A stretch of 63,972 bases of DNA, filler included. It is 5 parts of 5 records of this genome, joined end to end, with 100 filler letters (N's around TTAATTAATTAA, not from the genome) between each part and the next. Parts side by side here need not be neighbours in the genome. Positions count along the whole stretch, not along the records: positions 1 to 22,517 come from SRR31147125_2688; positions 22,618 to 32,371 come from SRR31147125_2689; 3 more parts are not named here. One strand, given 5' to 3'. A model generated the notes under the pieces. That model did not search any database. It was not told the DNA's origin and worked only from the letters and a program-made list of their open reading frames with translations. This document shows, in pieces, positions 12,749-22,841 of this stretch. The first letter of the stretch is position 1; the number at the start of each line of letters is the position of its first letter. Made by a program: the position numbers and the translations under genes.

Positions 12749-13093
12749 ATGGAAAAAGATATGATTTGTATTATGTGTCCTAAAGGATGTCATTTACACA
12801 TTGATAATCATAAACAAGTATCTGGCAATTTTTGTCCTAGAGGGAAAAAATATGCATTAGAAGAAATAACAAATCCTAAAAGAGTGCTTACCAGTACAGT
12901 AAAAACTATATTTAAAGATCAACCAAGACTATCTGTAAAATCTAAAGAAGCGATACCTAAAGCACTCATATTTGAGGCTATGCATGCTTTAAACCATGTG
13001 ACTGTATCGAAACATGTCCATATAGGAGATGTCGTGGTGCATGATTTATGCCATACAGGTGTTGATTTAATTGCAACAAAAAATATTACATAA
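12749..13093 (+). CDS. DUF1667 CxxC metal-binding protein
   Basis: CIMCPKGC, GNFCPRG, PKRVLTSTV; usual third gene of this cluster. Confidence 0.88.
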   Translation: MEKDMICIMCPKGCHLHIDNHKQVSGNFCPRGKKYALEEITNPKRVLTSTVKTIFKDQPRLSVKSKEAIPKALIFEAMHALNHVTVSKHVHIGDVVVHDLCHTGVDLIATKNIT

Positions 13094-13101
13094 AAAAATC
13101 A

Positions 13102-13881
13102 TCATTTTTTGATGATTTTTTTTCTAGAGATTGTTTTCTTATGTTTTATCTTTTCAATTTTCTCAAGATTAATAAAAACTTTTTCTATGGCAGTATTTAA
13201 ATCTTTTTCATTAGACATTAATTTAATACTCATTTTAATGATTTTTTCTTCAAACAAGACAAGACTTAAATAAAGAAGAAATAAAATAATAGTTGCAAAA
13301 AACCAAATTTCAAATAAAGCGCTATGTCTATAAATGATAATCATTGTCATAGATCCTATCCAAATAACAGATAACCATATACTAATAATCGCTCTAAGAC
13401 GTGGGTTTTCATTTGATATCCAAAGTGAAAATGGAATAAGTGCGAGTGTATAAAAGAGTGCAAGCAAAACTGAAGATGCAACATGTAAGTAGTGAAGTAC
13501 AGGTAGTGTATCTTTTAAAGCAGGTAAAACACCAGTTGCAACTAAAAAGAAGGTAGCAAGGTATAAAAATGTATACGTTCGTTTATTACCATAATTCTCG
13601 AGTCTTAATAATGCGAGAAAACCTAATTCAATTGCAATTCCACATATAATGGACCACACAATAAATAAGATACGATAATTAAAAAAATTTCCAATATTGC
13701 TTAATGTATAATGAAAAGGATTTTCAAGTGTTCCAAATATAAAAGTAAAGACAAGTGCAAGTATTAACATGCTCATCACACTTGTCCTTGTTTTTCTTTG
13801 TTGTGTTAATTCTTTTTGTATATCATATAAATTCTTTTTTTCCAACTCTTGTATTATTTGTTCATAATCTAGCTCAATCAT
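13102..13881 (-). CDS. DUF998-like polytopic membrane protein
   Basis: About six hydrophobic helices, YTLSNIG and LHYLHV motifs. Confidence 0.6.
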   Translation of the reverse strand: MIELDYEQIIQELEKKNLYDIQKELTQQRKTRTSVMSMLILALVFTFIFGTLENPFHYTLSNIGNFFNYRILFIVWSIICGIAIELGFLALLRLENYGNKRTYTFLYLATFFLVATGVLPALKDTLPVLHYLHVASSVLLALFYTLALIPFSLWISNENPRLRAIISIWLSVIWIGSMTMIIIYRHSALFEIWFFATIILFLLYLSLVLFEEKIIKMSIKLMSNEKDLNTAIEKVFINLEKIEKIKHKKTISRKKIIKK

Positions 13882-13956
13882 TACATCACCCCAAGTATAA
13901 TCAAATTATACACGAAATAACATCAAGATTTCAATGATATTGAGGTTTTTAGATAT

Positions 13957-15669
13957 TTATAATTGATCATGAAAAGTTGCATGACGGTAATTTTGAATCA
14001 AAGAAGTGAAGACATGTGACCAAGATTTCTTTTTTGTAAATAGCAATGCATTTTTCTTTAGCATTTGATACTTATCTTTATCAAGCATTAAATCCATAAT
14101 TTTATTTGTGATCGCATCAACATCATCTACAGGACATAAATAACCATTGTATCCTGAAATAATATTTTCTTTCACACCGCCAGCATTAACACCGATAACA
14201 GGCAGTCCAGAAGACATGGCTTCTAATACAACATTCCCTAGAGTTTCGCTTGGTGAAGGGAAAACAAATAAATCAGAAGATGCATAAATCTCTTTTAATT
14301 CTTGTTGAGTTTTATAACCTGTAAATGTTATTGAGGGATGACTTTTAGTTTTTAACTCATTTAAATAGGGGCCATCTCCTGCAATAATTAATTCAACAGG
14401 AAAAGATTCTTTAATGAGTTTATGATAGACATGAATGAGTGTATCAATATGCTTTTCTTTAGAAACTCTACCCACATATAACAATAAAAACGTTTCATTA
14501 GATGCAAGTTTTGCTCTAAGAGTTTGATTGTAATGTTTAGGAGAGAAGAGCTCTTGTTCGATACCTCTACCAAATATAGATACATGTTTAAAGCCTTGAC
14601 TTTCTAATAGATGTTTTGTTTCGTGACTTGGCGTAAATGTCATTTGACTTTTATTATGAAAATGTCTGAAATATGACCAAGCTATCGGCTTTAAAAATGA
14701 AAGTTTATAGTAAGGTAGATATTGTACAAAATTTGTTGAAAAGTTAGTCACATATGGAATAGAACGTTTTTTAGCGTAAGTTGCTCCAAAATGACCCATT
14801 GAGAATTCTGTCATATGATGAATAATTGTAGGTTTAAATTCATCTAATACACGATATATTTTTTTCTTGAATAACTTTGGTAATGCAATCACCGTATCTT
14901 TATAAAAGAATAAGCGAATACCAGGTACTCTATGAATAGACATATGTGGTTCAACTTTAACATAATTATCTTTATATTTTGGAGAGACTAATAAATAGGG
15001 GATGTGATGAAAATCAAGAAATTTTAGGTACTGATATAAAGTGTTTGAAACTCCGTTGATTTGTGGATAAAATGTATCTGTGAAAATTGCAATTCTTGGG
15101 GGTTGTTCTAGTTTTCTTGATTCTATGACATACATTTTTTTGTATGTAAAAATAAGAAGGTCACAAACTCTTTTAATGAGTAACAATGCATCTTCTAAAT
15201 CACGTTTAGGATCTGGAAGCTGATGTTGGTGAGAAAGATAGAAGTCATTTAAATCATCTTTAATCGTTTCATATGACTGAATGTATTTTACATGATAAGA
15301 AATATGTTTGGTCAGAATTTTTTGTTGTTCTATTTTATATTCATAAAGTAGATGTTCAGCAATGTTTTTTTTGATGTAGATAGGATTTGCATGATATGTA
15401 CATGCATAATCAGCTAAATAATGGGTGATGATACCAAGTTTAAATCCAAAAGCTTCGCGATGATGTTTTTTACTTAGAAGTTCTTCGATCAAGCTTATTA
15501 AAAAATCTAGTGAATCTGGTATGTTGTGCGCATGCGTCTTATAATATTTATTAAAATCAGGTGCCGCACTTCCTTTAATAAATTGTGTTCTAGAAATTAA
15601 GTCATGATCATCAGGTAAAAGTTCGTCATAAATCATTCTTGAAATTTTGTGATGTGTAGGTGTTAACAT
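13957..15669 (-). CDS. Fusion of Zn-dependent phospholipase C-like domain and GT4 glycosyltransferase
   Basis: N-half: THH, GSAAPD, GIITHYLADYACTYH, HLLYE; C-half: IAIFTDTFYPQINGV, GRGI..ELFSP, VGRVSKEK, FPSPSETLGNVVLEAMSSGLPV; one continuous frame. Confidence 0.85.
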   Translation of the reverse strand: MLTPTHHKISRMIYDELLPDDHDLISRTQFIKGSAAPDFNKYYKTHAHNIPDSLDFLISLIEELLSKKHHREAFGFKLGIITHYLADYACTYHANPIYIKKNIAEHLLYEYKIEQQKILTKHISYHVKYIQSYETIKDDLNDFYLSHQHQLPDPKRDLEDALLLIKRVCDLLIFTYKKMYVIESRKLEQPPRIAIFTDTFYPQINGVSNTLYQYLKFLDFHHIPYLLVSPKYKDNYVKVEPHMSIHRVPGIRLFFYKDTVIALPKLFKKKIYRVLDEFKPTIIHHMTEFSMGHFGATYAKKRSIPYVTNFSTNFVQYLPYYKLSFLKPIAWSYFRHFHNKSQMTFTPSHETKHLLESQGFKHVSIFGRGIEQELFSPKHYNQTLRAKLASNETFLLLYVGRVSKEKHIDTLIHVYHKLIKESFPVELIIAGDGPYLNELKTKSHPSITFTGYKTQQELKEIYASSDLFVFPSPSETLGNVVLEAMSSGLPVIGVNAGGVKENIISGYNGYLCPVDDVDAITNKIMDLMLDKDKYQMLKKNALLFTKKKSWSHVFTSLIQNYRHATFHDQL

Positions 15670-15851
15670 AAAACCCTCCATAATACGCTATACCTATATT
15701 TTAAATCTCTATATAAGCCACCAACATATCTTTACAAAAGATATACACATATATAACATAACTACATTAAAAACAATAAAAAACAAACATTAGCGGTGTT
15801 TTTACACTATCAATACATATTAATAATTGGTATAATATGACTGGTGATAGA

Positions 15852-17000
15852 ATGAGAACATTAGAAAATGCTAAAATGGTATTAAAAATATTAAAAAAAC
15901 ATGGTTATGAAGCATATATCGTCGGCGGGGCTGTTAGAGATCACATCTTAAAGATGCCTTTAACAGATATCGATATTACGACAAATGCAAAACCTTATCA
16001 AGTCGGTAAGATTTTTAACATGAAACCTACGGGACTTAAATATGGGACTGTTACAGTTCTATTTAGAGATGAAAAATTTGAAATAACGACTTATCGATTA
16101 GATGGTCCCTATGAAGATGATAGACATCCTGATCGTGTGACATTTGCAGAAACTGTAGAAGAAGACGTGATTAGGCGTGATTTTACGATTAATGGTTTAC
16201 TAATGGATGAAAATATGGAAATATTTGATCACGTAGACGGAAAAAAAGATATAGACGCGAAGTTTATTCGAGCAATCGGAGATCCTTATTTAAGATTTAG
16301 TGAAGATGCACTACGTATGTTAAGAGCTATCTATTTTCAGTCGAAGCTAGGTTTTCAAATTACAAAAGAAACAAGAGATGCGATGTTTGATTTAAAAGAT
16401 CGCTTAAAAAATGTGGCTATGGAACGCATCCTAGCAGAACTTATTAAAATACTTAAAGGTAAACACTTGAAAAAAGCATTAAAAACAATGGTTACAACAG
16501 GTATTCACGAAGTGTTGCCTGGACTAGACAAGGGTATCGCATTTATTGCAAATCAAGATGAAATGCCATTTGTTGATGTATTTTTTACGATGTGCTTTAC
16601 GCTTAACCGTGGTATTGTGCCATCGAAATGGAAGTTTTCTAATAAGCAAAAACATCGTTATTTAACAGCAGCAAAACTTGCCAATACTAAAACAAAATTT
16701 GATGCAGTAGACTTATATACGTATGGTATTGATTTATGTTTACTTGCTGCACGTGTTAATTATATGTTAAAAAGAGAAAGACTTATCCAAAATGAACTAT
16801 TGACATTGTATGATCAACTGCCTATTCAAAGTGAGTTGGATTTAAAATTAAAGCCATATGAAATGATGGATATGCTCAATAAAAAAGCTGGTGCTTGGCT
16901 AAAAGAAATTCAACATAAAATGGTACTTGCTATTTTAAATGGACAGTTAGAAAATAATAAAGAAGATCTTAAAGATTTCTTATTAAAAGAAATGAATTGA
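15852..17000 (+). CDS. cca: CCA tRNA nucleotidyltransferase
   Basis: VGGAVRD, DIDITT, RRDFTING, EDALRMLRA. Confidence 0.95.
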   Translation: MRTLENAKMVLKILKKHGYEAYIVGGAVRDHILKMPLTDIDITTNAKPYQVGKIFNMKPTGLKYGTVTVLFRDEKFEITTYRLDGPYEDDRHPDRVTFAETVEEDVIRRDFTINGLLMDENMEIFDHVDGKKDIDAKFIRAIGDPYLRFSEDALRMLRAIYFQSKLGFQITKETRDAMFDLKDRLKNVAMERILAELIKILKGKHLKKALKTMVTTGIHEVLPGLDKGIAFIANQDEMPFVDVFFTMCFTLNRGIVPSKWKFSNKQKHRYLTAAKLANTKTKFDAVDLYTYGIDLCLLAARVNYMLKRERLIQNELLTLYDQLPIQSELDLKLKPYEMMDMLNKKAGAWLKEIQHKMVLAILNGQLENNKEDLKDFLLKEMN

Positions 17001-17008
17001 GGGATAAC

Positions 17009-17932
17009 ATGACACTAAAAGAAAACAAACTATACGAAATTATCGGTAAAATCGAGAGTATTAATCAAGGGGCACATTTTTGTAACACAACAGTGTTAAC
17101 TGAGGATAGTGAACATATAAATATAAAGTTAGAAGTTGAACAATTAGATGAAATATCTTTAGGTAAAATATTTAAGTTTGATGCTGAAGCTGTTGTTAAA
17201 ACAGAAGATGATTTGGTATTAAAATGTAGAAAAATTACGCCTATAGAACTATGTGTATCATCGGATGAATTATCAAGATTATTAGATTTCTACTATGTTT
17301 ATGCACCATTGTCTTTAAAAGAGATTAAACAAGGTGTTGAATCTTTTTTAAATCAAATTAATAATCACATATTGAAAGAAATCACCCAAGACATCTATGG
17401 GCGTATGGAAAAAAAATTTTATATGCACCCAGCAGCAACTAAATTCCATCATGCATATGTTGGTGGATTAAGTTACCATACATTTACGATGTTAAAACTC
17501 ATTGATGGATTTTTAAATGTTTATCCTTACTTAAATAAAGATCTATTATATGCAGCAACGATTTTACACGACATGGCTAAAATCGATGAAATAAGTGGTG
17601 TTGATGGAGAGTATACAAAAGAAGGATTATTAATGGGCCATTTAGTGATGGAATCGATAGAAATTGATCGGGTTGCACAAACCTTAGGTTATCAAGATAC
17701 AGAAGAAGTACTGATGCTTAAACATATGATTATTTCTCATCATGGACAGATGCATTATGGCTCACCAAAAAAACCACAAATAGGTGAAGCATTACTCTTA
17801 TGGTTTATTGATACAATAGATTCAAAATTTACCGTCTTAGGGGAAACATTAGATCAAACAGCTGATGGTACGTTTACGCAAATGATTGGTGTACTTGACC
17901 GTATGAGATTTTATAAACATAAAGTAAAATAG
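17009..17932 (+). CDS. yhaM: 3'-5' exoribonuclease YhaM-like HD protein
   Basis: PAATKFHHAYVGGL..H, LHD, HMIISHHG, GSPKKP, ID..DSK. Confidence 0.88.
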   Translation: MTLKENKLYEIIGKIESINQGAHFCNTTVLTEDSEHINIKLEVEQLDEISLGKIFKFDAEAVVKTEDDLVLKCRKITPIELCVSSDELSRLLDFYYVYAPLSLKEIKQGVESFLNQINNHILKEITQDIYGRMEKKFYMHPAATKFHHAYVGGLSYHTFTMLKLIDGFLNVYPYLNKDLLYAATILHDMAKIDEISGVDGEYTKEGLLMGHLVMESIEIDRVAQTLGYQDTEEVLMLKHMIISHHGQMHYGSPKKPQIGEALLLWFIDTIDSKFTVLGETLDQTADGTFTQMIGVLDRMRFYKHKVK

Positions 17933-18777
17933 TATCTTTTTTAATATTGTTTTTAAAAAGATATGATGATGTGATGGCCTGACTTAAAACCAGTCAGTAA
18001 ATATGGGTTATATAAAAAATCCATAAAAAACAATATCTCAATTTATACTATACTCTATAAAACGGACGCATTAAAAAATGGCCATCCGTATTATAGAGTT
18101 ATTTTTATAATAAAATCTAAGATAAAAATATTTAAAAATTCAAAAAAGAACGAAGAGAAATTACCGGTTATTTAAAAATAAAGATGTTAAAATTGATATT
18201 GATGATTTAACCATTTTATCTCTCATCAAAATTAATAACTATGTGGATTATGATATAACTATAGGAATGACATTAGAATCACTATTGGATACAGTGTAGA
18301 ATGCATATGTAAACTAAACGGTGTATTATGGAATATATTTCTAAAATATTGAGATGAAATGGTATTGTAATATGTCACTTGATGCAAGTGGAATTGATAA
18401 TCAATATGTAATATTAATGATTTTCCAGTTCACCAAATAGATAAAAGCCAACTAAATAAACCTTAAATAAACTAAGAAAATGTAGTTATGCACTGTGATT
18501 TTTATATATAAATTTCACTATATGTAAGCATTTTCCTTTTATTTTTTATATGTAATAATATATAAAAAACTATTTTCTAATAACTAATATATTAATTAAA
18601 AGTCTTTATTATTAAGGTATAATGATGTTTTAACTATGGATTAACATATAAAAATCTAATGTAATTTTATAAAACAAAAAGACCGGTGTATAATGTACAT
18701 ATAAAAATCTAAGATTTATGAAAACTAATATGTTTTTTAGTTTACATAATTTAGTATAATGAAAGTGGTGAAACATA

Positions 18778-19596
18778 ATGAATGAATTTGATCAGTTATT
18801 TTTAGCGAATTTTGAAGAATTGTCATTAGAAGAATGTGGACGAGAAAGATGTCAGCCAGGTAAAATAGTAGATTTCGATATAAAAGACTATCATTTATTT
18901 CACTATGTATTATTTGGTCAAGGTACATTTATATTTGATGGAAAGATTTATCATTTAAAAAAGGGAGATATTTTTTATATACCTCCTCAACATACTGCAA
19001 AGTATTTTCCTTCATTTAAAGACCCTTGGATGTATACATGGATAGGTTTTAAAGGAATTAGAAGTGATTTGTATCTTAAACGTGTAGGTCTTAGCAAAAA
19101 AAGTCCAATATTTAATGACCGTAAACATTTATTGCTTAAACCATTATTTAATGAATTAATGGATAAATACAATAGTGCAAGATATTTAAATATTGAAACA
19201 TTAGCTGTATTTATGAATATTATATATAAAATGATGACATATGATCATAAGATTGATTTGCTGATTACTCCTAAGCAAGCACATATTAGAACTGCAAAGC
19301 AATTCATAGAAAACAACTTTCAATTTAATATAAGAATTACTGATATTGCTGATGCACTATCAATTAGTTCTAATTATTTGGCAAATATATTTAAAGAAGA
19401 GCTAGGATATTCTCCAAAACAGTTTTTGACAGAATATCGTATCCTAAAAGCATGTCAATTGTTATTAAATAGAGATATGCTTATTAAAGATATTGCCAAA
19501 CGAGTCGGATATAGCAATCCATTACATTTTTCTGCTGAGTTTAAACGTATTAAAAATGTGTCACCAAAAATGTATCGCGAACAAAACAGATTGTAG
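18778..19596 (+). CDS. AraC family regulator (MsmR-like)
   Basis: Cupin sensor domain (HYVLFGQG, PWMYTWIGF) plus double HTH (IAKRVGYSNPLHFS). Confidence 0.93.
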   Translation: MNEFDQLFLANFEELSLEECGRERCQPGKIVDFDIKDYHLFHYVLFGQGTFIFDGKIYHLKKGDIFYIPPQHTAKYFPSFKDPWMYTWIGFKGIRSDLYLKRVGLSKKSPIFNDRKHLLLKPLFNELMDKYNSARYLNIETLAVFMNIIYKMMTYDHKIDLLITPKQAHIRTAKQFIENNFQFNIRITDIADALSISSNYLANIFKEELGYSPKQFLTEYRILKACQLLLNRDMLIKDIAKRVGYSNPLHFSAEFKRIKNVSPKMYREQNRL

Positions 19597-19605
19597 GAGA
19601 AAAAA

Positions 19606-21645
19606 ATGAAAAAAATTTCAATATTAAGTGTTTTTGTATTGATGTCACTATTGTTGTTTTCATGTAATAAGGAATATGTAGATTACATGGATACATTTGA
19701 TGGATATGAAGAAACAATAGGGAGTTTATCAAATAATGAATCACTATCAGATTTAGTAAATATATATGGGGATACAACTGCAACAAATGTTCAAATATTA
19801 CCAGTTGAACATAGCGACGATTACATTATAGGTGTTGATGTATCATCTGTTATTGCTGTTGAAGAAGCGGGGGGGATATATTATAATGACCAGGGTCAAG
19901 AACAAGATGTTTTTGAAATATTTAAAGATTATGGCGTTAATTATGTGAGAATTAGACTTTGGAATGAACCTTATACTGAAACTGGTGATTATTATGGTGG
20001 TGGAAATAATGATATCGAAACCGCAATTAAAATTGCAAAACGTGCTGCAAGAGTTGGAATGAGAATTGCTTTAGACTTTCACTATAGTGATTTCTGGGCA
20101 GATCCTTCAAAGCAAGCAGTACCAAGAGCTTGGGCAGATCATGATTATGATCAATTGGTTGATGACATTTATGATTATACATATGATACTTTACTTAGAT
20201 TTGAAGAGGAAGGCGTTAGACCTCACATGGTTCAAATTGGCAATGAAATCAATAATGGTTTTGTTTGGCCGGAAGGTGCAATGTCAAAAGGATCATCAAA
20301 AGTTGCAGGACTTATTCAATCTGGAATTGAAGCAGTTGATGAAGTTTCAACAGAGATTATAAAGGTGGTTCATTTGGCTGAAGGAGCATCATTATCATCA
20401 GTTTCTTATTTTTTTAATAAACTTATTGAAAATGATGTGACAAACTTTGATGTTATTGGATTATCATATTATTCATTTTGGCATGGTTCAATGGCGGAAT
20501 TTGAAGAAACACTTCAGGCACTAGATGAACAATTTGATTATGATATAGCAGTGATGGAATATTCTTATGGATTTACTGATTTATCAACTGAAAATGCCAG
20601 TAATATCTATAATTCAGAATTAGAAGCAGCAGGTGGTTATAAAACTTCAATGCAAGGACAAGCGAGTTATATAAGAGATGTGAATTATGCGGTCGCTTCT
20701 ATTGATTCAGGCATAGGAAGCTTTTATTGGGAACCAGCATGGCTCCCGGTTTCTGGTGCTGGCTGGGCTGAAGAAGGTGCAAGAGACTATTTGATTGACC
20801 AAGGTGATGATGTATCTTCACTTGGTCAAGTATCATGGGCAAATCAAGCATTATTTAGCTATTCAGGTAAAGTGCTACCTTCTATGAAAGCATTTAGAGA
20901 TATGCGTACATCAACATACAATAACGAAAGCATTGTAGAGTATACTTCGGAATTTAACGCAGTTGTTAACCTAGCAACTAATGATGGATTGCCAAACTAT
21001 ACTTATGCAAAAACATCACTCGATAGAGTCACTAAAGTTGCAGTCACATGGAATCAAGTGGATATAGCTGCTATGACAGGTGAAGGTTCATATATCATTC
21101 ATGGGACTATTGAAAGTGCTGGTACAACCTATGATGTTGTGTGTTATGTTACAGCGTATGTTAATTACATTATTAATCCAAGCTTTGAAGACAATATTGT
21201 CACATCTGATATTAATGATTTTTCAAAAATAGAAGCTTGGCATGTTACAACAGACATGACTGGGTCGGTTAAGGTTGAAAGCAAAAATCCCAGAAAAGAA
21301 AATAATGATGGAAGTAATAATGTTAATATTTGGTCATCATCTGCTTATTCATTTAGAATGTATCAAACAGTCACTTTAGAAGCAGGTACTTATCAATTGA
21401 GCGTTTGGGCAAGAAGCGCTACGGATAATGCAGGATTTCCAACTGTAGAATTAATTGTAGAGCAAGATGGCACAATGCTAGAAACATCTGCAATTACTTA
21501 TGGTACTTCATGGTCTACATGGGTAGAAACTATATTAGTATTTACTGTGACTGAATCAAAAACAATTATAGTAGGAATTGAAGGCACCGGCGAAGCATCA
21601 AGTTGGGCACATTTTGATGACTTTGCATTACAAATTGTTGAATAA
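19606..21645 (+). CDS. GH53 endo-beta-1,4-galactanase lipoprotein with Ig-like and CBM-like C-terminal domains
   Basis: Lipobox LLFSC; GVNYVRIRLWNEP, DFHYSDFWADP, VQIGNE, FYWEPAW. Confidence 0.93.
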   Translation: MKKISILSVFVLMSLLLFSCNKEYVDYMDTFDGYEETIGSLSNNESLSDLVNIYGDTTATNVQILPVEHSDDYIIGVDVSSVIAVEEAGGIYYNDQGQEQDVFEIFKDYGVNYVRIRLWNEPYTETGDYYGGGNNDIETAIKIAKRAARVGMRIALDFHYSDFWADPSKQAVPRAWADHDYDQLVDDIYDYTYDTLLRFEEEGVRPHMVQIGNEINNGFVWPEGAMSKGSSKVAGLIQSGIEAVDEVSTEIIKVVHLAEGASLSSVSYFFNKLIENDVTNFDVIGLSYYSFWHGSMAEFEETLQALDEQFDYDIAVMEYSYGFTDLSTENASNIYNSELEAAGGYKTSMQGQASYIRDVNYAVASIDSGIGSFYWEPAWLPVSGAGWAEEGARDYLIDQGDDVSSLGQVSWANQALFSYSGKVLPSMKAFRDMRTSTYNNESIVEYTSEFNAVVNLATNDGLPNYTYAKTSLDRVTKVAVTWNQVDIAAMTGEGSYIIHGTIESAGTTYDVVCYVTAYVNYIINPSFEDNIVTSDINDFSKIEAWHVTTDMTGSVKVESKNPRKENNDGSNNVNIWSSSAYSFRMYQTVTLEAGTYQLSVWARSATDNAGFPTVELIVEQDGTMLETSAITYGTSWSTWVETILVFTVTESKTIIVGIEGTGEASSWAHFDDFALQIVE

Positions 21646-21662
21646 CATCATAAGAGGTAACT

Positions 21663-22517
21663 ATGAGAAAAATAACAAGCATGAACTTCGATTGGAGATT
21701 TGCACCCAAAAAAGATAGTATGATTTTATCAGATTATGATGAATCAAAAATGACACTAATTAATATTCCACATTCAAATGTTGAGTTACCTTTTAGTAAT
21801 TTTAATGAAAGCTTATACCAGTTTGAATCTGTATATAGAAAGCATTTTGTATTAGATAAGGTAAATAGTCATCATTATTTTATTAAATTTTATGGTGTTA
21901 GTGTGAAAACAACTGTCATGATAAATGGTATTGTTGTAGGTACACATATGGGTGGATATACACCATTTAAATTTGAAATAACTAAAGCAGTTAATGATGG
22001 TGAAAATTTAATAGTTGTAATAGTAGATTCTAAAGAAAATATCAATATACCCCCTTTTGGAAAAACAGTAGATTACTTAACTTATGGTGGTATTTATAGA
22101 GAAATCGAACTTATAGAAACAAAGAATAGTTATATCGAAGATATTAAATTAAAAGCAGAAGGTTTATTAGACAATCAACCTCAATTATTAATTGAATTAG
22201 ATCATGTTAATGGTCATAAAGTCAAAATTGATATTAAAGAAAAGAATAAGATTGTAACGTCAAAATCTTTTGATATAAATGATACGCTACTAATTGAGTA
22301 TCCATTTAAATTATGGAGTCTTGATATCCCAAATATGTACGATATCATCATTACACTTGATCACAGTGATCAAATGATTATTCCTTATGGTTTTAGAGTA
22401 AGTGAGTTTAGGAAAAATGGTTTCTATTTAAATGGAGAACGTGTTAAAATCATTGGACAAAATAGACATCAGATTTATCCGTATGTAGGATATGCAATGC
22501 CTAAAAATGTAGAAAAA
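21663..22517 (+). CDS. GH2 beta-galactosidase, truncated at the contig end
   Basis: GGYTPF, DYLTYGGIYRE, GFYLNG, NRHQIYPYVGYAMP. Confidence 0.92.
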
Positions 22518-22617
22518 NNNNNNNNNNNNNNNNNNNNNNNNNNNNNNNNNNNNNNNNNNNNTTAATTAATTAANNNNNNNNNNNNNNNNNNNNNNNNNNN
22601 NNNNNNNNNNNNNNNNN
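22518..22617. other. Artificial contig spacer
   Basis: N run with central TTAATTAATTAA (stops in all six frames). Confidence 0.99.
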
Positions 22618-22841
22618 ATAATATTATTACTCAACAAGCCCTTATATCTATTGTTAATCTATCTAAACATCGCATTTTGCATAAAGAATAAACTGTTAAA
22701 AAAACTGCAAGATTATATAGGTAAGGAAATATAGTACAGAAAAGCGCAAAGATAAATAAGTATTGCTGCAAAAATGTATAGTATAATAATTTTAGAACTA
22801 AATATTAATTAATTTATAAGGAAAGAAGGAAAAAGAGAAAT

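Noticed and set aside
18002-18033. preQ1-I riboswitch (hairpin plus A-rich tail)
   Set aside because: The loop lacks the conserved ligand/pseudoknot nucleotides and there is no que gene downstream.
18140-18300. Short open frame in the AT-rich gap as a pseudogene
   Set aside because: No start, RBS or recognisable family; it cannot be supported without a search.
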